A DNA stretch of 64,000 nt. Origin: Hyphomicrobiales bacterium. GTDB lineage: Bacteria; Pseudomonadota; Alphaproteobacteria; Rhizobiales; Beijerinckiaceae. The DNA lies in contig JAPLOW010000063.1 of the NCBI GenBank assembly GCA_026400555.1, forward strand, positions 4,622 through 68,621, in the 5' to 3' direction. This document shows, piece after piece, positions 38,050 through 48,377 of the stretch (position 1 is its first letter; the number at the start of each line of letters is the position of its first letter). The position numbers and the translations under genes were made by a program. The notes under the pieces are model-generated. The model saw only the letters and a list, made by a program, of their open reading frames with translations. It made no database searches and was not told the DNA's origin.

Positions 38050-40449
38050 TCACCCCGCCCCGTTAGGCGTCGCGACCTTCTCGCGCACACGCAGCCAGTG
38101 CATCGCGAGCGCAGCCGTCAGGATGACGGTCCCGGCAATGTCGAACTTGACGTCAGCCGCCAGCAGCAGGCAGCCGCCGATCACAGCCAGGATGCGTTCA
38201 ATCGGGTTGGCGGGCTTCAGCGCATAGCCGGTTGCCCCGACCACAAGACCTACCATGGCGTAGGACGACGTCGTTAGCACGGCCAGCACGCCCATCCAGT
38301 GACCGAACGTGTCAGGCAGCTTGCCCTCGGGCGTCAGCATCAGCAGATACATGCCTTCGGGCGTCAGGCAGAACATGAAGGGCACCAGGAAGGCCGGCAG
38401 CGTGTATTTCCAAGCCTGCATCATGGTGGCGAAGGGCTTGCCGCCGCAGATGGCAGAGGCCGCAAAGGGCGCGAGCGCGGTTGGCGGCGACACGTCAGCC
38501 AGCACGGCATAGTAGAACATGAACATGTGCGCGGCGGGCTCCGGAATGCCGACCTTGACCAGCGCCGGCACCAGCATGACCGCCGCGATGATGTAGCTGG
38601 CCGTGACCGGCACGGCGAGGCCGAGGATCCACATGGCCAGCGCCGCCAGCGCGATGACGAGGAAGCGGGAGCCACCGCCGAACTCGACGATGATGCCGGA
38701 CAGCGTCAGGCCAAGGCCGGTGAGGTTGACCACGCAGACGATGATGCCGGCACAGGCGCAGGTGGCGATGATGCCGAGCGTCGAGCGGGCTCCGTCCGTC
38801 AGCGCCTCGATCATGCGGGTGGCGTCCTCGCCGACGGGCTTGCCCCCACGTTTGGCCGACCATGCCTGCCAACCGGAGAAAGCGATGGCGGCGGTCATGC
38901 CCCAGAAGATGCTGACCGAAATGCGCCCGTCGAACAACTCATCGGGTCCGAGCCGGGCAGCCAGACCGCTCGCGCCAAAGGCCCAGGCCAGCACGGCCAC
39001 GACACAACCCAGCCAGAAGGCCGGGAACGTCACGAGGCGCGAATCCTCACGGATCATCGACAGGCAGAAGGCGATGGCGATCGACCAGAACACCGCCATG
39101 AACGAGGAGAAGCCAAGCGCCAGGAACACCGCGATCGCGGCCAGCGACAGGAAGTGGTAGCCTTGGCTCTTGGTCAGCTCCCACAGCGAGGCGTCGGAGG
39201 TCTTGACCGGCTTGATATCGAGGCGGCGTGTGTCGGCCTCGGTCATCAGCCAGCAGGAGAGGTAGTACAGGATGGTCGGAATGGTCGCATAGACCAAGAT
39301 CATCAGGTAGCTGACGTCAAGATACTCGGCGATGATGAAGGCGGCGGCGCCCAGCGTTGGTGGGGACAGCGTGGCCCCGATGCCGGCCGCAGAGAGCAGG
39401 CCCCCGCCGATATGTGGCGGATAGCCCGATCGCTTCAGCATCGGCCACGCCAGCGACGCCACCGTGACGGTAGTGGCCACGCCCGAGCCGGACACGGTTC
39501 CGAGCAGAAATCCCGAGGCCACGACGGCGCGACCGGGTGCGGCAGGAGAGGGTTTCTTGCCAAACAGGGCGAAGGCCCAGTCGATGAAGAACCGGCCCGC
39601 TCCACCGCGGTCGAGCACCGCGCCATAGAGGGTGAACAGGATGATGAAGGTGGCGGCCACATCCATCGGCGTCGAAAAGATGCCCTCGAGCGTCAGGAAG
39701 TTCTGGCCGACGATGCGGTTGAGCGAAAAGCCGCGATGGTCGAATGGCTCGGGCATCGACGGGCCGAAGTAGCAATAGAGCATAAAGCCGATGGTAACCG
39801 CCGGCAGAATCCAGCCCACCGTCCGGCGCGTTGCCTCGAGGATCAGCAGGATCAGCGCCGCGCCGAGCACCAGATCATCTGCGGTCGGCCGTGTCGCCCT
39901 TGTCTTGATCTGCTCGGCATAGGCCCAGAGGTGGAAGGTGCAGAAGATGGCGACAAATACCAGGAGCCAGTCGAACACTTGCGTGCGGGCCAGCATGCGG
40001 TTCATCGTCACCAGCGGGTAGGTGGCGAAGGCGAGGCCCACCGCGATGGCCAGTCCCGCGGCGAAGCTGTCGCGCTGGAGGACGCGGCCCTCGATCACGA
40101 CGAAGGCCAGCCAGCCCACCGCAAGGACGGCGACGATCGCCTCCTCGATGGTGATGGACCGGGCTTGCGCATCCTTGCCGCCGCGCACCAGTGGATAGAG
40201 CAGGAAGATCAGCGCCAGGGTCAGCGACAGGAAGCTGGCGCGATAGAAGGTGGTGTTGACCGAGAACTGCGTCCAGAAAAGCCCGTAGGCGGCGAGGCTG
40301 AAGGCGCCGATCGCAGTGAGCCAGCCAAGCCAGCCCGTCGCCCGCTGCGCTGGGCCGCCTTCGGAATCTGATGACAGCCGTTCCAGCTCTTCGGCTGACA
40401 GAGCCACCGTTTCAGGTTTCGCTGCAGCCGGTTGTGCGCCTGTTGCCAT
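38050..40449 (-). CDS. TAXI-TRAP transporter fused 4TM/12TM permease
   Basis: LEATRR, GTVSGSGVAT, PPTLGAAAFIIAE, YYAVLADVSPP; start at MATGAQ (ORF open to 40476). Confidence 0.92.
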   Translation of the reverse strand: MATGAQPAAAKPETVALSAEELERLSSDSEGGPAQRATGWLGWLTAIGAFSLAAYGLFWTQFSVNTTFYRASFLSLTLALIFLLYPLVRGGKDAQARSITIEEAIVAVLAVGWLAFVVIEGRVLQRDSFAAGLAIAVGLAFATYPLVTMNRMLARTQVFDWLLVFVAIFCTFHLWAYAEQIKTRATRPTADDLVLGAALILLILEATRRTVGWILPAVTIGFMLYCYFGPSMPEPFDHRGFSLNRIVGQNFLTLEGIFSTPMDVAATFIILFTLYGAVLDRGGAGRFFIDWAFALFGKKPSPAAPGRAVVASGFLLGTVSGSGVATTVTVASLAWPMLKRSGYPPHIGGGLLSAAGIGATLSPPTLGAAAFIIAEYLDVSYLMILVYATIPTILYYLSCWLMTEADTRRLDIKPVKTSDASLWELTKSQGYHFLSLAAIAVFLALGFSSFMAVFWSIAIAFCLSMIREDSRLVTFPAFWLGCVVAVLAWAFGASGLAARLGPDELFDGRISVSIFWGMTAAIAFSGWQAWSAKRGGKPVGEDATRMIEALTDGARSTLGIIATCACAGIIVCVVNLTGLGLTLSGIIVEFGGGSRFLVIALAALAMWILGLAVPVTASYIIAAVMLVPALVKVGIPEPAAHMFMFYYAVLADVSPPTALAPFAASAICGGKPFATMMQAWKYTLPAFLVPFMFCLTPEGMYLLMLTPEGKLPDTFGHWMGVLAVLTTSSYAMVGLVVGATGYALKPANPIERILAVIGGCLLLAADVKFDIAGTVILTAALAMHWLRVREKVATPNGAG

Positions 40450-40516
40450 GGCCCCTGTTCCCTCACCCCACGCCATTCCGAGCCGGCTTGGCCGGTCTTG
40501 TCTTATGCATAACAGA

Positions 40517-40548
40517 GAAAAGCCCCGGCGCTACTGCGCCGGGGCTTC
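40517..40548 (-). terminator. Hairpin/terminator between the TAXI SBP and permease genes
   Basis: Minus strand: GAAGCCCCGGCG-CAGTAG-CGCCGGGGCTTTTC. Confidence 0.7.
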
Positions 40549-40593
40549 AATGGACAGAATTCATCGGTGAAAGCCGTCCGCGTCAGAAGTCCC

Positions 40594-41574
40594 TCAGGAG
40601 AGGACACCCTTGGACCGGAAGAAGGCCTCAGCGGCCGGATGGAACGGCACTGCGGACTTGGCGGCAGCGCCGGCCAGGGTCAGACGTCGGGCTTCAGGGT
40701 GGATCTTCTGGATCTCGTCCAGATTGTTGAACATGCCGTTGAGCACGCCGGTGATCTGGTCGTTCTTGGCTTTGGCGCTGACAACCAGCACATTGGCGAC
40801 GCCGAGACCGGCGACGGCCGCTGCCTGTCCGGCATAGGCATTGGCCGGCAGGTTGAAGGTGCGGTAAAGCCCGGGCCACTGGCGCTCAAGCTTGGCCAGT
40901 TCCTCACCGGTCGGGATGAACTGCAGCGCCGGCTGGCCTGAGGTGGCGAGGTCGCGCACTGCGGCGGTCGGCACGCCGCCGATCCAGAAGAAAGCGGCGA
41001 CCTTGCCGTCCTTCAGCGCGCCGGCGGATTCGGCAACGCCGAGGTTGTCGCGCGTGATGTCCGTCTTCGGATTGAGCCCGGCGGCCTCCAGGACGCGGTC
41101 GGCGATCGATTCGGTCGACGAACCTGAAGAGCCGACCGAAACGCGCTTGCCCTTGAGGCTGGCCACCGTGGTCGCCTGACCCTGCGCGCCGACGACATGA
41201 AGGAAGGAATCATAGAGCACGGCCAAAACGCGTACGTCGAGCTTGCCGTCCTTGGCGTAGGCGCCGACACCCTGCATCGCATCATAGGCAGAATCGAGGG
41301 TCGAGAAACCGATATCGGCGTCGCCTGCAGAGACGAGCTTGCAATTGTCGACCGAGCCGCCGGTGACCTGGCTGGTCGCCTGCATGTTGGGCATCTTCTC
41401 GGTGAGGATCTTGGCGATGCCGCCGCCATAGGGATAGAACACGCCGCCGGTGCCGCCGGTGACGATGGTGATGCGCTGCTTGGCCTGAGCCAGGGCGGGC
41501 GCGCCGATCAGTGCTGCCGCGCCGAGCGAAAGGCCACCGGCGACGACGCCGCGGCGGGATATCAAGTCCGTCAT
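40594..41574 (-). CDS. TAXI family TRAP substrate-binding protein
   Basis: SRRGVV Tat-like signal; TGGTGGVFYPYGG, TGGSVDN, LKGKRVSVG, PFHPAA. Confidence 0.92.
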   Translation of the reverse strand: MTDLISRRGVVAGGLSLGAAALIGAPALAQAKQRITIVTGGTGGVFYPYGGGIAKILTEKMPNMQATSQVTGGSVDNCKLVSAGDADIGFSTLDSAYDAMQGVGAYAKDGKLDVRVLAVLYDSFLHVVGAQGQATTVASLKGKRVSVGSSGSSTESIADRVLEAAGLNPKTDITRDNLGVAESAGALKDGKVAAFFWIGGVPTAAVRDLATSGQPALQFIPTGEELAKLERQWPGLYRTFNLPANAYAGQAAAVAGLGVANVLVVSAKAKNDQITGVLNGMFNNLDEIQKIHPEARRLTLAGAAAKSAVPFHPAAEAFFRSKGVLS

Positions 41575-41768
41575 GTCAGTCCTCCCAGAGTGAAACGGCC
41601 CTGCCTTCTCGCGTGGAGGCAGGATTGCTGCGCTATCTAGGTGGCTGCGGAGCGAATGACCAGTGGCTCCTGCAGGTTTGGTTGATCGGGCGCGGCGCCG
41701 GGACGCAGCAGAGCTTGATCCGCCCGCTCAATCTGCTTTGCTGGTTCGACACACAAGGATCCCTGCCC

Positions 41769-42536
41769 ATGGCCAACCCGTCCGTCGTCTGGCGCGAACT
41801 CACCTTCGAAGACCTCAATGCCCTCGCGGCGCGCGACGCCATCGTGCTCCTGCCGATCGCCTCGATGGAACAGCATGGCCCGCATTTGCCGGTCGGCGTC
41901 GACACCATCCTGTGCGAGAGCGTCTGCAAGGTGACCGCCGAGGCGCTGGTGGGTGAAGTGCCGGTGGTGGTGGCGCCAACGGTCTGGTGCGGCATGGCCG
42001 AGCATCACATGTCCTTCGGCGGCACCTTCACCTTCGACATCCCGACCTACCGGGCCGTGCTGCTGGCCTATCTCACGAGCATCCAGAGGGCAGGCTTCCG
42101 GCGCGTCGCCATCGTCAACGGACATGGCGGCAACATGTCCGCCATGAACGCCTTCCTGCCCGACCTTCAGCGCGAAGTGACGCTGGCGATCCGCGCCACC
42201 ACCTATTTCGATCTGGCCGTCGACAAGGCGCGCCTGCACCTCGAACGGCAGTCGAGCGTGATGCACGCCTGCGAGATGGAGACGTCCATGATGATGGTCT
42301 TTGCGCCGGGCACGGTGAAGCACGAGCGTCTTGGCGAGGCGGTCGGGCCGGTGTTCCAGGACGCCAAGGATGTCCTGCAGCCGAAATGGCAGCGTTTCCG
42401 CAGCATCATGGAGATCAGCGCCAATGGCGTGCTGGGCGATGCGCGCGTGGCCACGGTCGAGAAAGGCAGCAAGCTGGTAGAGGCCTGCCGCGACGGGCTG
42501 GCGGCGGAGTTGAGGGCGTGGCAGGCAGAGAGGTGA
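41769..42536 (+). CDS. Creatininase family amidohydrolase
   Basis: PIASMEQHGPHLPVGVD, HHMSFGGT, NGHGGN, HACEMETS. Confidence 0.9.
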   Translation: MANPSVVWRELTFEDLNALAARDAIVLLPIASMEQHGPHLPVGVDTILCESVCKVTAEALVGEVPVVVAPTVWCGMAEHHMSFGGTFTFDIPTYRAVLLAYLTSIQRAGFRRVAIVNGHGGNMSAMNAFLPDLQREVTLAIRATTYFDLAVDKARLHLERQSSVMHACEMETSMMMVFAPGTVKHERLGEAVGPVFQDAKDVLQPKWQRFRSIMEISANGVLGDARVATVEKGSKLVEACRDGLAAELRAWQAER

Positions 42537-42761
42537 TCAGCCCCTGATCGGCTCCACCTTGTTCGCCATCTGCACGAACTTGGCCATGATATAAAGCCCG
42601 ACCAGCGAGAACAGGCCCATCAGCGCATACTGGATGACATCGCCGAGTTCGAAGATGCCGGCGATCGCCCAACCGGCGGCGAAGGCGAGCCCAAACACTT
42701 CTGTGCCGATCAGGATGGCGGCACAGATGATGGTGGTGAAGTTGCGGGTGTTGATGGCCAC
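42537..42761 (-). CDS. Small two-TM hypothetical membrane protein (about 74 aa)
   Basis: GTG start with GGAG RBS; ILIGTEVFGLAFAAGWAIAG...VEPI; coding-like codon usage. Confidence 0.7.
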   Translation of the reverse strand: MAINTRNFTTIICAAILIGTEVFGLAFAAGWAIAGIFELGDVIQYALMGLFSLVGLYIMAKFVQMANKVEPIRG

Positions 42762-42895
42762 GGCGACGAACGCTCCGTTGTGCTCCGCGCATTTCGCGCT
42801 TGTCGGTCTGATAGGTCTTCGCCTAGCGTAGTCGCGCGATTTCGGCAACGCTTCGTTGCGGGATGACCATGAAATGCCCTATCTAAACAGCCCAT

Positions 42896-42974
42896 CCTCA
42901 TCCCGAACATCTCGACGGATGAAATCCAGATCGCGCCAACTCGTCCCTCGGTCTTCGACGGGCTCGGGATGAGG
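42896..42974. repeat. Degenerate copy of the CCTCATCC..TCGA REP doublet
   Basis: CCTCATCCCGAACATCTCGA ... CTTCGACGGGCTCGGGATGAGG in inverted orientation; resembles the 37076 element. Confidence 0.55.
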
Positions 42975-43023
42975 GCATCGCGGATGGGACACGATCGTTC
43001 CCTGGATCAGAAAAGCCCGCTCC

Positions 43024-44613
43024 ATGCCTGAAACACCCGTGTTTTCCACCGCCGCTGCCGCAGCGCCCCATCACCTCGCATCGGAGACGGGGCGCAATGT
43101 CCTGGCGCAGGGCGGCAATGCCGTGGAGGCCATGATCGCCATGGCCGCCACCATCGCGGTGGTCTACCCGCACATGAACGGCATCGGCGGCGACGGTTTC
43201 TGGCTGATCCGCGACAGGAAAGGCAAGATTGCAGCCATCGAGGCCTGCGGACCGGCAGGCGCGAAAGCGACGATCCGGCGCTACCGGGACAAGGGCTATG
43301 CGGCGATTCCCCCGCGCGGCTCCGATGCGGCCCTGACCGTAGCCGGCGCGATTGGCGGCTGGCAGGTCGCCGCCGAGATGGCGACAGCGCTCGGTGGCAG
43401 GCTGCCCCTGAGTGTCCTCACCGAAGACGCGATCCGGCATGCGCGCGATGGGGTGTCGATTTCGAAATCGGAAGCCCGCTACCGGATCAAGGAGGGCGAC
43501 GGGCTTTACGGCGCTCCGGGCTTCACCACCCTGTTCCGGACACCGGACAAGGCGCTAGAGGCGGGCACCATCCGCAAGAACCCGGCGCTGGGGCAGACCC
43601 TCGATCACATCACGCGGGCTGGGCTTGACGATTTCTACCGCGGCGATGTCGGACGCGAGATCGCCACCGAACTCGACAGGATCGGCTCGCCGGTGACACG
43701 CGAGGATCTCGCCACCTTCCATGCGCGCACGACGCAGCCGCTGTCCCTGAAGCTCCCCGGCGTCACGGTGTACAACTTCCCGCCACCGACCCAGGGGCTG
43801 ACATCGCTGATGATCCTTGGGCTGTTCGAGCAACTCGGCGTCAAGCGCTGCGACAGTTTTGAGCATATCCACGGGCTCGTCGAGGCCGCGAAGCGCGCCC
43901 TGAAGGCCCGTGACCGGGTGATTACCGACCCTGCCCGCCTGATGCACGACCCGGCCGCCTTCCTCGATCTCGCCTGGCTGACGAAGGAAGCCGGCAGGAT
44001 CGACATGAAGCGCGCCGCCGAATGGCCGATGAAGGAGGCCGATGGCGACACCATCTGGATGGGCGCGATCGACAAGGACGGGCTTGCCGTGTCCTACATC
44101 CAGTCCTTGTACTGGGAATACGGCTCCGGCGCCGTGCTGGAGAAGACCGGTATCGTCTGGCAGAACCGCGGCGTGGCCTTCTCGCTCGATGACAAGGCCA
44201 CCAATCCGCTCGAGCCGGGCCGCAAGCCTTTCCACACACTCAACCCGCCGCTCGCCGTGTTCGATGACGGGCGCGTGGTCTCCTATGGCTGCATGGGCGG
44301 CGACGGCCAGCCGCAGTTCCAGGCGCAGGTCTTTTCGCGCTACCGGATGGGGATGGGCGTCGCCGACGCGGTCGATGCGCCGCGCTTCCTGTTCGGCAAG
44401 ACCTGGGGCACGGCCTCGACCACCCTGAAGATCGAAAACCGGTTCGATCATGTCGTTGTGGCGAAGCTGGCGGCTGCGGGCCACGCGCTGGAGGAATGGG
44501 GCGTGCCCTATGATGACCAGTTCGGCCATGCCGGCCTGCTCGTCAGGCACCAGAAAGGCCATGTCGAAGCCACCCACGATCCACGCTCGGACGGCGACGC
44601 CAAGGGGCTTTGA
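43024..44613 (+). CDS. Gamma-glutamyltransferase family Ntn-hydrolase, HpxW (oxamate amidohydrolase)-like
   Basis: APHHLAS, VVYPHMNGIGGDGFWLI, GDTIWMG (nucleophile Thr), WQNRG, PFHTLNP, MGGDGQPQ, DPRSDG. Confidence 0.88.
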   Translation: MPETPVFSTAAAAAPHHLASETGRNVLAQGGNAVEAMIAMAATIAVVYPHMNGIGGDGFWLIRDRKGKIAAIEACGPAGAKATIRRYRDKGYAAIPPRGSDAALTVAGAIGGWQVAAEMATALGGRLPLSVLTEDAIRHARDGVSISKSEARYRIKEGDGLYGAPGFTTLFRTPDKALEAGTIRKNPALGQTLDHITRAGLDDFYRGDVGREIATELDRIGSPVTREDLATFHARTTQPLSLKLPGVTVYNFPPPTQGLTSLMILGLFEQLGVKRCDSFEHIHGLVEAAKRALKARDRVITDPARLMHDPAAFLDLAWLTKEAGRIDMKRAAEWPMKEADGDTIWMGAIDKDGLAVSYIQSLYWEYGSGAVLEKTGIVWQNRGVAFSLDDKATNPLEPGRKPFHTLNPPLAVFDDGRVVSYGCMGGDGQPQFQAQVFSRYRMGMGVADAVDAPRFLFGKTWGTASTTLKIENRFDHVVVAKLAAAGHALEEWGVPYDDQFGHAGLLVRHQKGHVEATHDPRSDGDAKGL

Positions 44614-44656
44614 CGCGCGCAGCCCGTGACTCGAACATCTGTGAAGGACGTTGACC

Positions 44657-45850
44657 ATGACCGACAATTCGCTGCGCTGCTGGGTGCCCTACCCCGCTGT
44701 CCTGGTTGCCAACGCCACCGACGGTCCGCTCAGGGGCCTGACGCTTGGCGTCAAGGATCTCTACGACGTCAAGGGCTATCCGACCGGCTGCGGCTCGCCG
44801 CACATGCTGGCCATGTCCGGCACCAAGAAGGCGCATGCGCCGCTGGTGACGCTGATGCTGAAAGCCGGCGCGCAGTTCGCGGGCAAAACAGTCACCGACG
44901 AACTGGCCTTCTCCCTCAACGGCAAGAACGCGCATTTCGGCTCGCCGGTCAATGCCGCCGCGCCTGACCGCATCACGGGCGGCTCATCTTCCGGCTCGGC
45001 CTCGGCCGTGTCGGGACGGCTGGTTGATGTGGCGCTCGGCACCGACACAGGGGGCTCGGTCAGGGCGCCGGCCAGCTATTGCGGCCTGTTCGGCATCAGG
45101 CCGACCCATGGCCGCGTCTCGTTGAAGGGCTGCTGGCCGCTGGCCGACAGCTTCGACACGCCGGGCTACTTCACCCGCGACGGCGCGACCTTCGTGCGCG
45201 TCGGCGAGGTCTTCCTCGGCAAGGACAAGTCGCCCTTGCCGGAGACGCCGCGCCTGATGATCGCCGAGGACATGATCGGGCAGGCCGTGCCCGCCGCGGA
45301 AATCATCCTCCGGGACGTAATCCGGCGGCTGTCGCTGACCATGGGCGAGATCACCGGCACGACGCTGGCGAAAGATATCGACGCCCTTTACTGGGCCTTC
45401 CGCTGGCTGCAGGGCCGGGAGGCCTGGGCGGCGGATGGCGCCATGATCGAGACCTACAACCCGCCGCTGGGCCCGGGCGTGGCCGAGCGCTTCGCCTTCG
45501 CCCGCACCATCACCGACGAGCAGGTCGAGGCCGGCAACCGCACGCGCACGGCTTATCGCGCAAAGGTGAAGAAGCTTCTGGGCAAGGATGGGGTCATCCT
45601 GATGCCAACCGTTCCGGACATCGCGCCCCTGACCTCGACCAGCGAGGCCGATCTTGACGATTTCCGCAACCGCGCGCTGCGTCTGCTGTGCCCCTCGGGC
45701 CTGACCGGCTTTCCGCAGATCTCGATCCCGGTCGCCATGCGTGATGGCGCGCCGCTCGGCCTGTCGATCCTGGGACCACCGGGCAGCGATCTATCGCTCG
45801 TTCGCCTGGCGGCAAAGATCGAGGCGGCAGCTCGCATCAGGATCGCCTGA
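44657..45850 (+). CDS. Amidase (amidase-signature family, short type)
   Basis: [30 protein letters not shown]; the stop overlaps the nthA start (TGATG). Confidence 0.92.
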   Translation: MTDNSLRCWVPYPAVLVANATDGPLRGLTLGVKDLYDVKGYPTGCGSPHMLAMSGTKKAHAPLVTLMLKAGAQFAGKTVTDELAFSLNGKNAHFGSPVNAAAPDRITGGSSSGSASAVSGRLVDVALGTDTGGSVRAPASYCGLFGIRPTHGRVSLKGCWPLADSFDTPGYFTRDGATFVRVGEVFLGKDKSPLPETPRLMIAEDMIGQAVPAAEIILRDVIRRLSLTMGEITGTTLAKDIDALYWAFRWLQGREAWAADGAMIETYNPPLGPGVAERFAFARTITDEQVEAGNRTRTAYRAKVKKLLGKDGVILMPTVPDIAPLTSTSEADLDDFRNRALRLLCPSGLTGFPQISIPVAMRDGAPLGLSILGPPGSDLSLVRLAAKIEAAARIRIA

Positions 45851-46491
45851 TGTCGGGCGACCATCATCACCACCATGATCACGATCACGATGATCACTCG
45901 CATCTGACGCCGATCGAGGCGCGGGTGAAGGCGCTGGAGAGCATCCTCGTTGCGAAGGGTCTGGTCGATCCGGCGGCACTTGATGTGATCATCGAGACTT
46001 ACGAAACGAAGATCGGGCCCCGCAATGGCGCGCGCGTCGTGGCGAAGGCCTGGGCCGATCCGGCCTATGCCGCACGGCTCAAGACCGACGCAACGGCAGC
46101 GATTGCCGAGCTGGGTTACAGCGGCCGGCAGGGCGAGCACATGGTCGCCGTCTTCAATGACGCCGCGACCCATCATCTTGTCGTCTGCACCCTGTGCTCC
46201 TGCTACCCTTGGGCCGTCCTCGGCCTGCCGCCGGTCTGGTACAAATCCGCGCCCTACCGCTCGCGCGCCGTGCTGGACCCGCGCGGCGTTCTGACCGAAT
46301 TCGGCGTGGTCCTTCCCGAAGCGATCAAACTGCGCGTCTGGGATTCAACAGCCGAGACACGCTATCTGGTGATCCCGCAGCGGCCGGCGGGAGCCGAGGG
46401 CTGGGATGAGGACCGACTGGCCGATCTCGTCACCCGTGATTCCATGATCGGAACAGGGCTTGCGCTCAAACCACCGGGGAGCTCGGGATGA
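45850..46491 (+). CDS. nthA: Cobalt-type nitrile hydratase alpha subunit
   Basis: VCTLCSCY cobalt-binding motif, [16 protein letters not shown]; His-rich N-terminus. Confidence 0.96.
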   Translation: MSGDHHHHHDHDHDDHSHLTPIEARVKALESILVAKGLVDPAALDVIIETYETKIGPRNGARVVAKAWADPAYAARLKTDATAAIAELGYSGRQGEHMVAVFNDAATHHLVVCTLCSCYPWAVLGLPPVWYKSAPYRSRAVLDPRGVLTEFGVVLPEAIKLRVWDSTAETRYLVIPQRPAGAEGWDEDRLADLVTRDSMIGTGLALKPPGSSG

Positions 46492-47147
46492 ATGGCGCGC
46501 AGGATCTCGGCGGGCAGATGGGCTTCGGGCCGATCAACCCGGAGACGGACGAGCCGCTGTTCCATGGCGAATGGGAAAAGCGCGCGCTGGCGATCACGCT
46601 GGCAGCCGGAGCCATGGGCCACTGGAGCATCGATGAAAGCCGCCATGCGCGCGAAAACCTGCATCCGGTCGATTATCTGTCCTCAAGCTATTACGAGATC
46701 TGGACCAAGGGGCTGGAAAAGCTGCTGGAGCGCCATGGCTTTGTCAGCGCCGCCGAGCGCAACGCAGGAGTGCCACTGACACCGTCCACGACGCCCCGGC
46801 GCGTGCTGGCGGCGGACAGCGTCCCCGCGGTCCTCGCCCGCGGCGGGCCGACCAAGCGCGACATGACAGGCCAGCCCCGCTTCAGGGTCGGCGACACGGT
46901 GCGCACCATCGTCATCAGCCCATCTGGCCACACCCGACTGCCGCGCTACGCGCGCGGCAAGACCGGCGTCATCGAACTGATGCACGGTGCGCATGTTTTC
47001 CCCGACACCAATGCGCACGGGAAAGGTGAGCAGCCCCACTGGCTCTATACGGTGGCGTTCGAAGCGCGCGAACTCTGGGGCCGCGATGCCGATCCCAATT
47101 CGGTGGTCAGCATCGACGCATGGGAGGGCTATCTTGAGCCATCGTGA
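46488..47147 (+). CDS. nthB: Nitrile hydratase beta subunit
   Basis: [38 protein letters not shown]. Confidence 0.96.
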   Translation: MNGAQDLGGQMGFGPINPETDEPLFHGEWEKRALAITLAAGAMGHWSIDESRHARENLHPVDYLSSSYYEIWTKGLEKLLERHGFVSAAERNAGVPLTPSTTPRRVLAADSVPAVLARGGPTKRDMTGQPRFRVGDTVRTIVISPSGHTRLPRYARGKTGVIELMHGAHVFPDTNAHGKGEQPHWLYTVAFEARELWGRDADPNSVVSIDAWEGYLEPS

Positions 47148-47520
47148 CCTCATCGACGCGGTGTCCGTCGTCGCGCCCTTGCCCTGCGACGCAGCCGGGT
47201 TGGTCTTCGCTGAGCCCTGGCAGGCTCAGGCCTTCGCCATGGTGATCGCGCTGCACGGGCAAGGGCTGTTTACCTGGCCGGAATGGGCCGACGCCCTTTC
47301 GCATGAGGTGAAGGCGCATGGTATGGCCGATGATGGCAGCCGCTACTACGAATTCTGGCTCGAAGCGCTGGAGCACCTGGCCATTGCCAAGGGAATCTCG
47401 ACCCATCAGCGAATCGACGATCTGGCGGCGGCCTGGGCCAGGGCGGCGGAGGCCACACCGCATGGCAAGCCGATCGCGCTCGGCAATGACCCCGTCACGG
47501 GCGGCGCGATCACGCTGTGA
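47134..47520 (+). CDS. Nitrile hydratase accessory/activator protein (P14K-like)
   Basis: FAEPWQAQAFAM, FTWPEWA, YYEFWLEALE, TPHGKPI; TTG start after GGAGG. Confidence 0.88.
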   Translation: MSHRDLIDAVSVVAPLPCDAAGLVFAEPWQAQAFAMVIALHGQGLFTWPEWADALSHEVKAHGMADDGSRYYEFWLEALEHLAIAKGISTHQRIDDLAAAWARAAEATPHGKPIALGNDPVTGGAITL

Positions 47521-47617
47521 GTGGTCCTGACGCGGATTGAGGTTGACTTGTCGGCCCGCTGTGGCCAGTTCCCGGCAACCCGCCTGGCTGCAGGCTTCGG
47601 GCGGCGCGAGGGATGAC

Positions 47618-48139
47618 ATGAGTATCGATGGCTGGATGCGCGACTTCGCGGAGTTTGTTCAGGCCAATGCCGCCTGGGCGCCGCTGATTGTTTTTCTGAT
47701 CGCCTTCGGCGAATGCGTCGCCTTTCTGTCCTTTCTGGTTCCGGCTACGGCGCTGTTCACGGTGCTGGCGACGGCCGCAGGTGCAAGCGGCCTGCAACCC
47801 TTGCCGCTGGCGCTGGCAGCCACGGCGGGAGCCGGCATGGGCTTTTGGGTGTCCTACTGGTTTGGCCTCGTGGTGGGACCGCGCGCTTCGCAGTACTGGC
47901 CCTTGAACAAGAATCCGGACCTGCTCAAGACAGGCCATGATTTCTTCGAGCGCTGGGGTGCGCCAGGCGTGTTCTTCGGCCACTTCATTGGTCCGGTGCG
48001 GGCGGTGATCGCGATCACGGCCGGCATTGTGCGGATGCCGCCGCTGCAGTTTCACATCGCCAACTGGAGCGCGTCCTTTGTCTGGGGTTTCGCCTTCTTC
48101 TACGGGCTCGGCCTGTTTGGACAGCAACTGGCCCGATGA
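47618..48139 (+). CDS. DedA family membrane protein
   Basis: FGEC..FLVPAT, FFERWG, FFGHFIGPVRA, ANWSASFVW. Confidence 0.85.
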   Translation: MSIDGWMRDFAEFVQANAAWAPLIVFLIAFGECVAFLSFLVPATALFTVLATAAGASGLQPLPLALAATAGAGMGFWVSYWFGLVVGPRASQYWPLNKNPDLLKTGHDFFERWGAPGVFFGHFIGPVRAVIAITAGIVRMPPLQFHIANWSASFVWGFAFFYGLGLFGQQLAR

Positions 48140-48377
48140 CGCCAGATCGCCTGTGCCGGCTTTGACATGAACGAGGCCTGCAGGCTCCATTCAGGGCCGC
48201 TTCAGCGCGTGATCCCTAGAATGATCATGAATCGGTCTTGAAGCGCGCCGAATTTCGCGCTCAACTCCCGTTCAAGACGGGCTTCGCAGGTGCGATTCCC
48301 CGTTGACATGCCTGCTCCGGCCCGGCGGCGAAGGCATGCGTTCCCACAACCGGTCGCATCCCCTGGGGGATATGGAC

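Noticed and set aside
38299-40371. 690-aa antisense ORF, and similar long shadow ORFs such as 6278-7543, 7831-9171, 24151-25551 and 32837-34315
   Set aside because: They lie opposite well-supported genes and have no recognisable motifs; long stop-free antisense frames are expected in high-GC DNA.
48230-48350. Alphaproteobacterial LexA box (GTTC-N7-GTTC) before the HhH gene
   Set aside because: Only single GTTC half-sites, with no correctly spaced pair.
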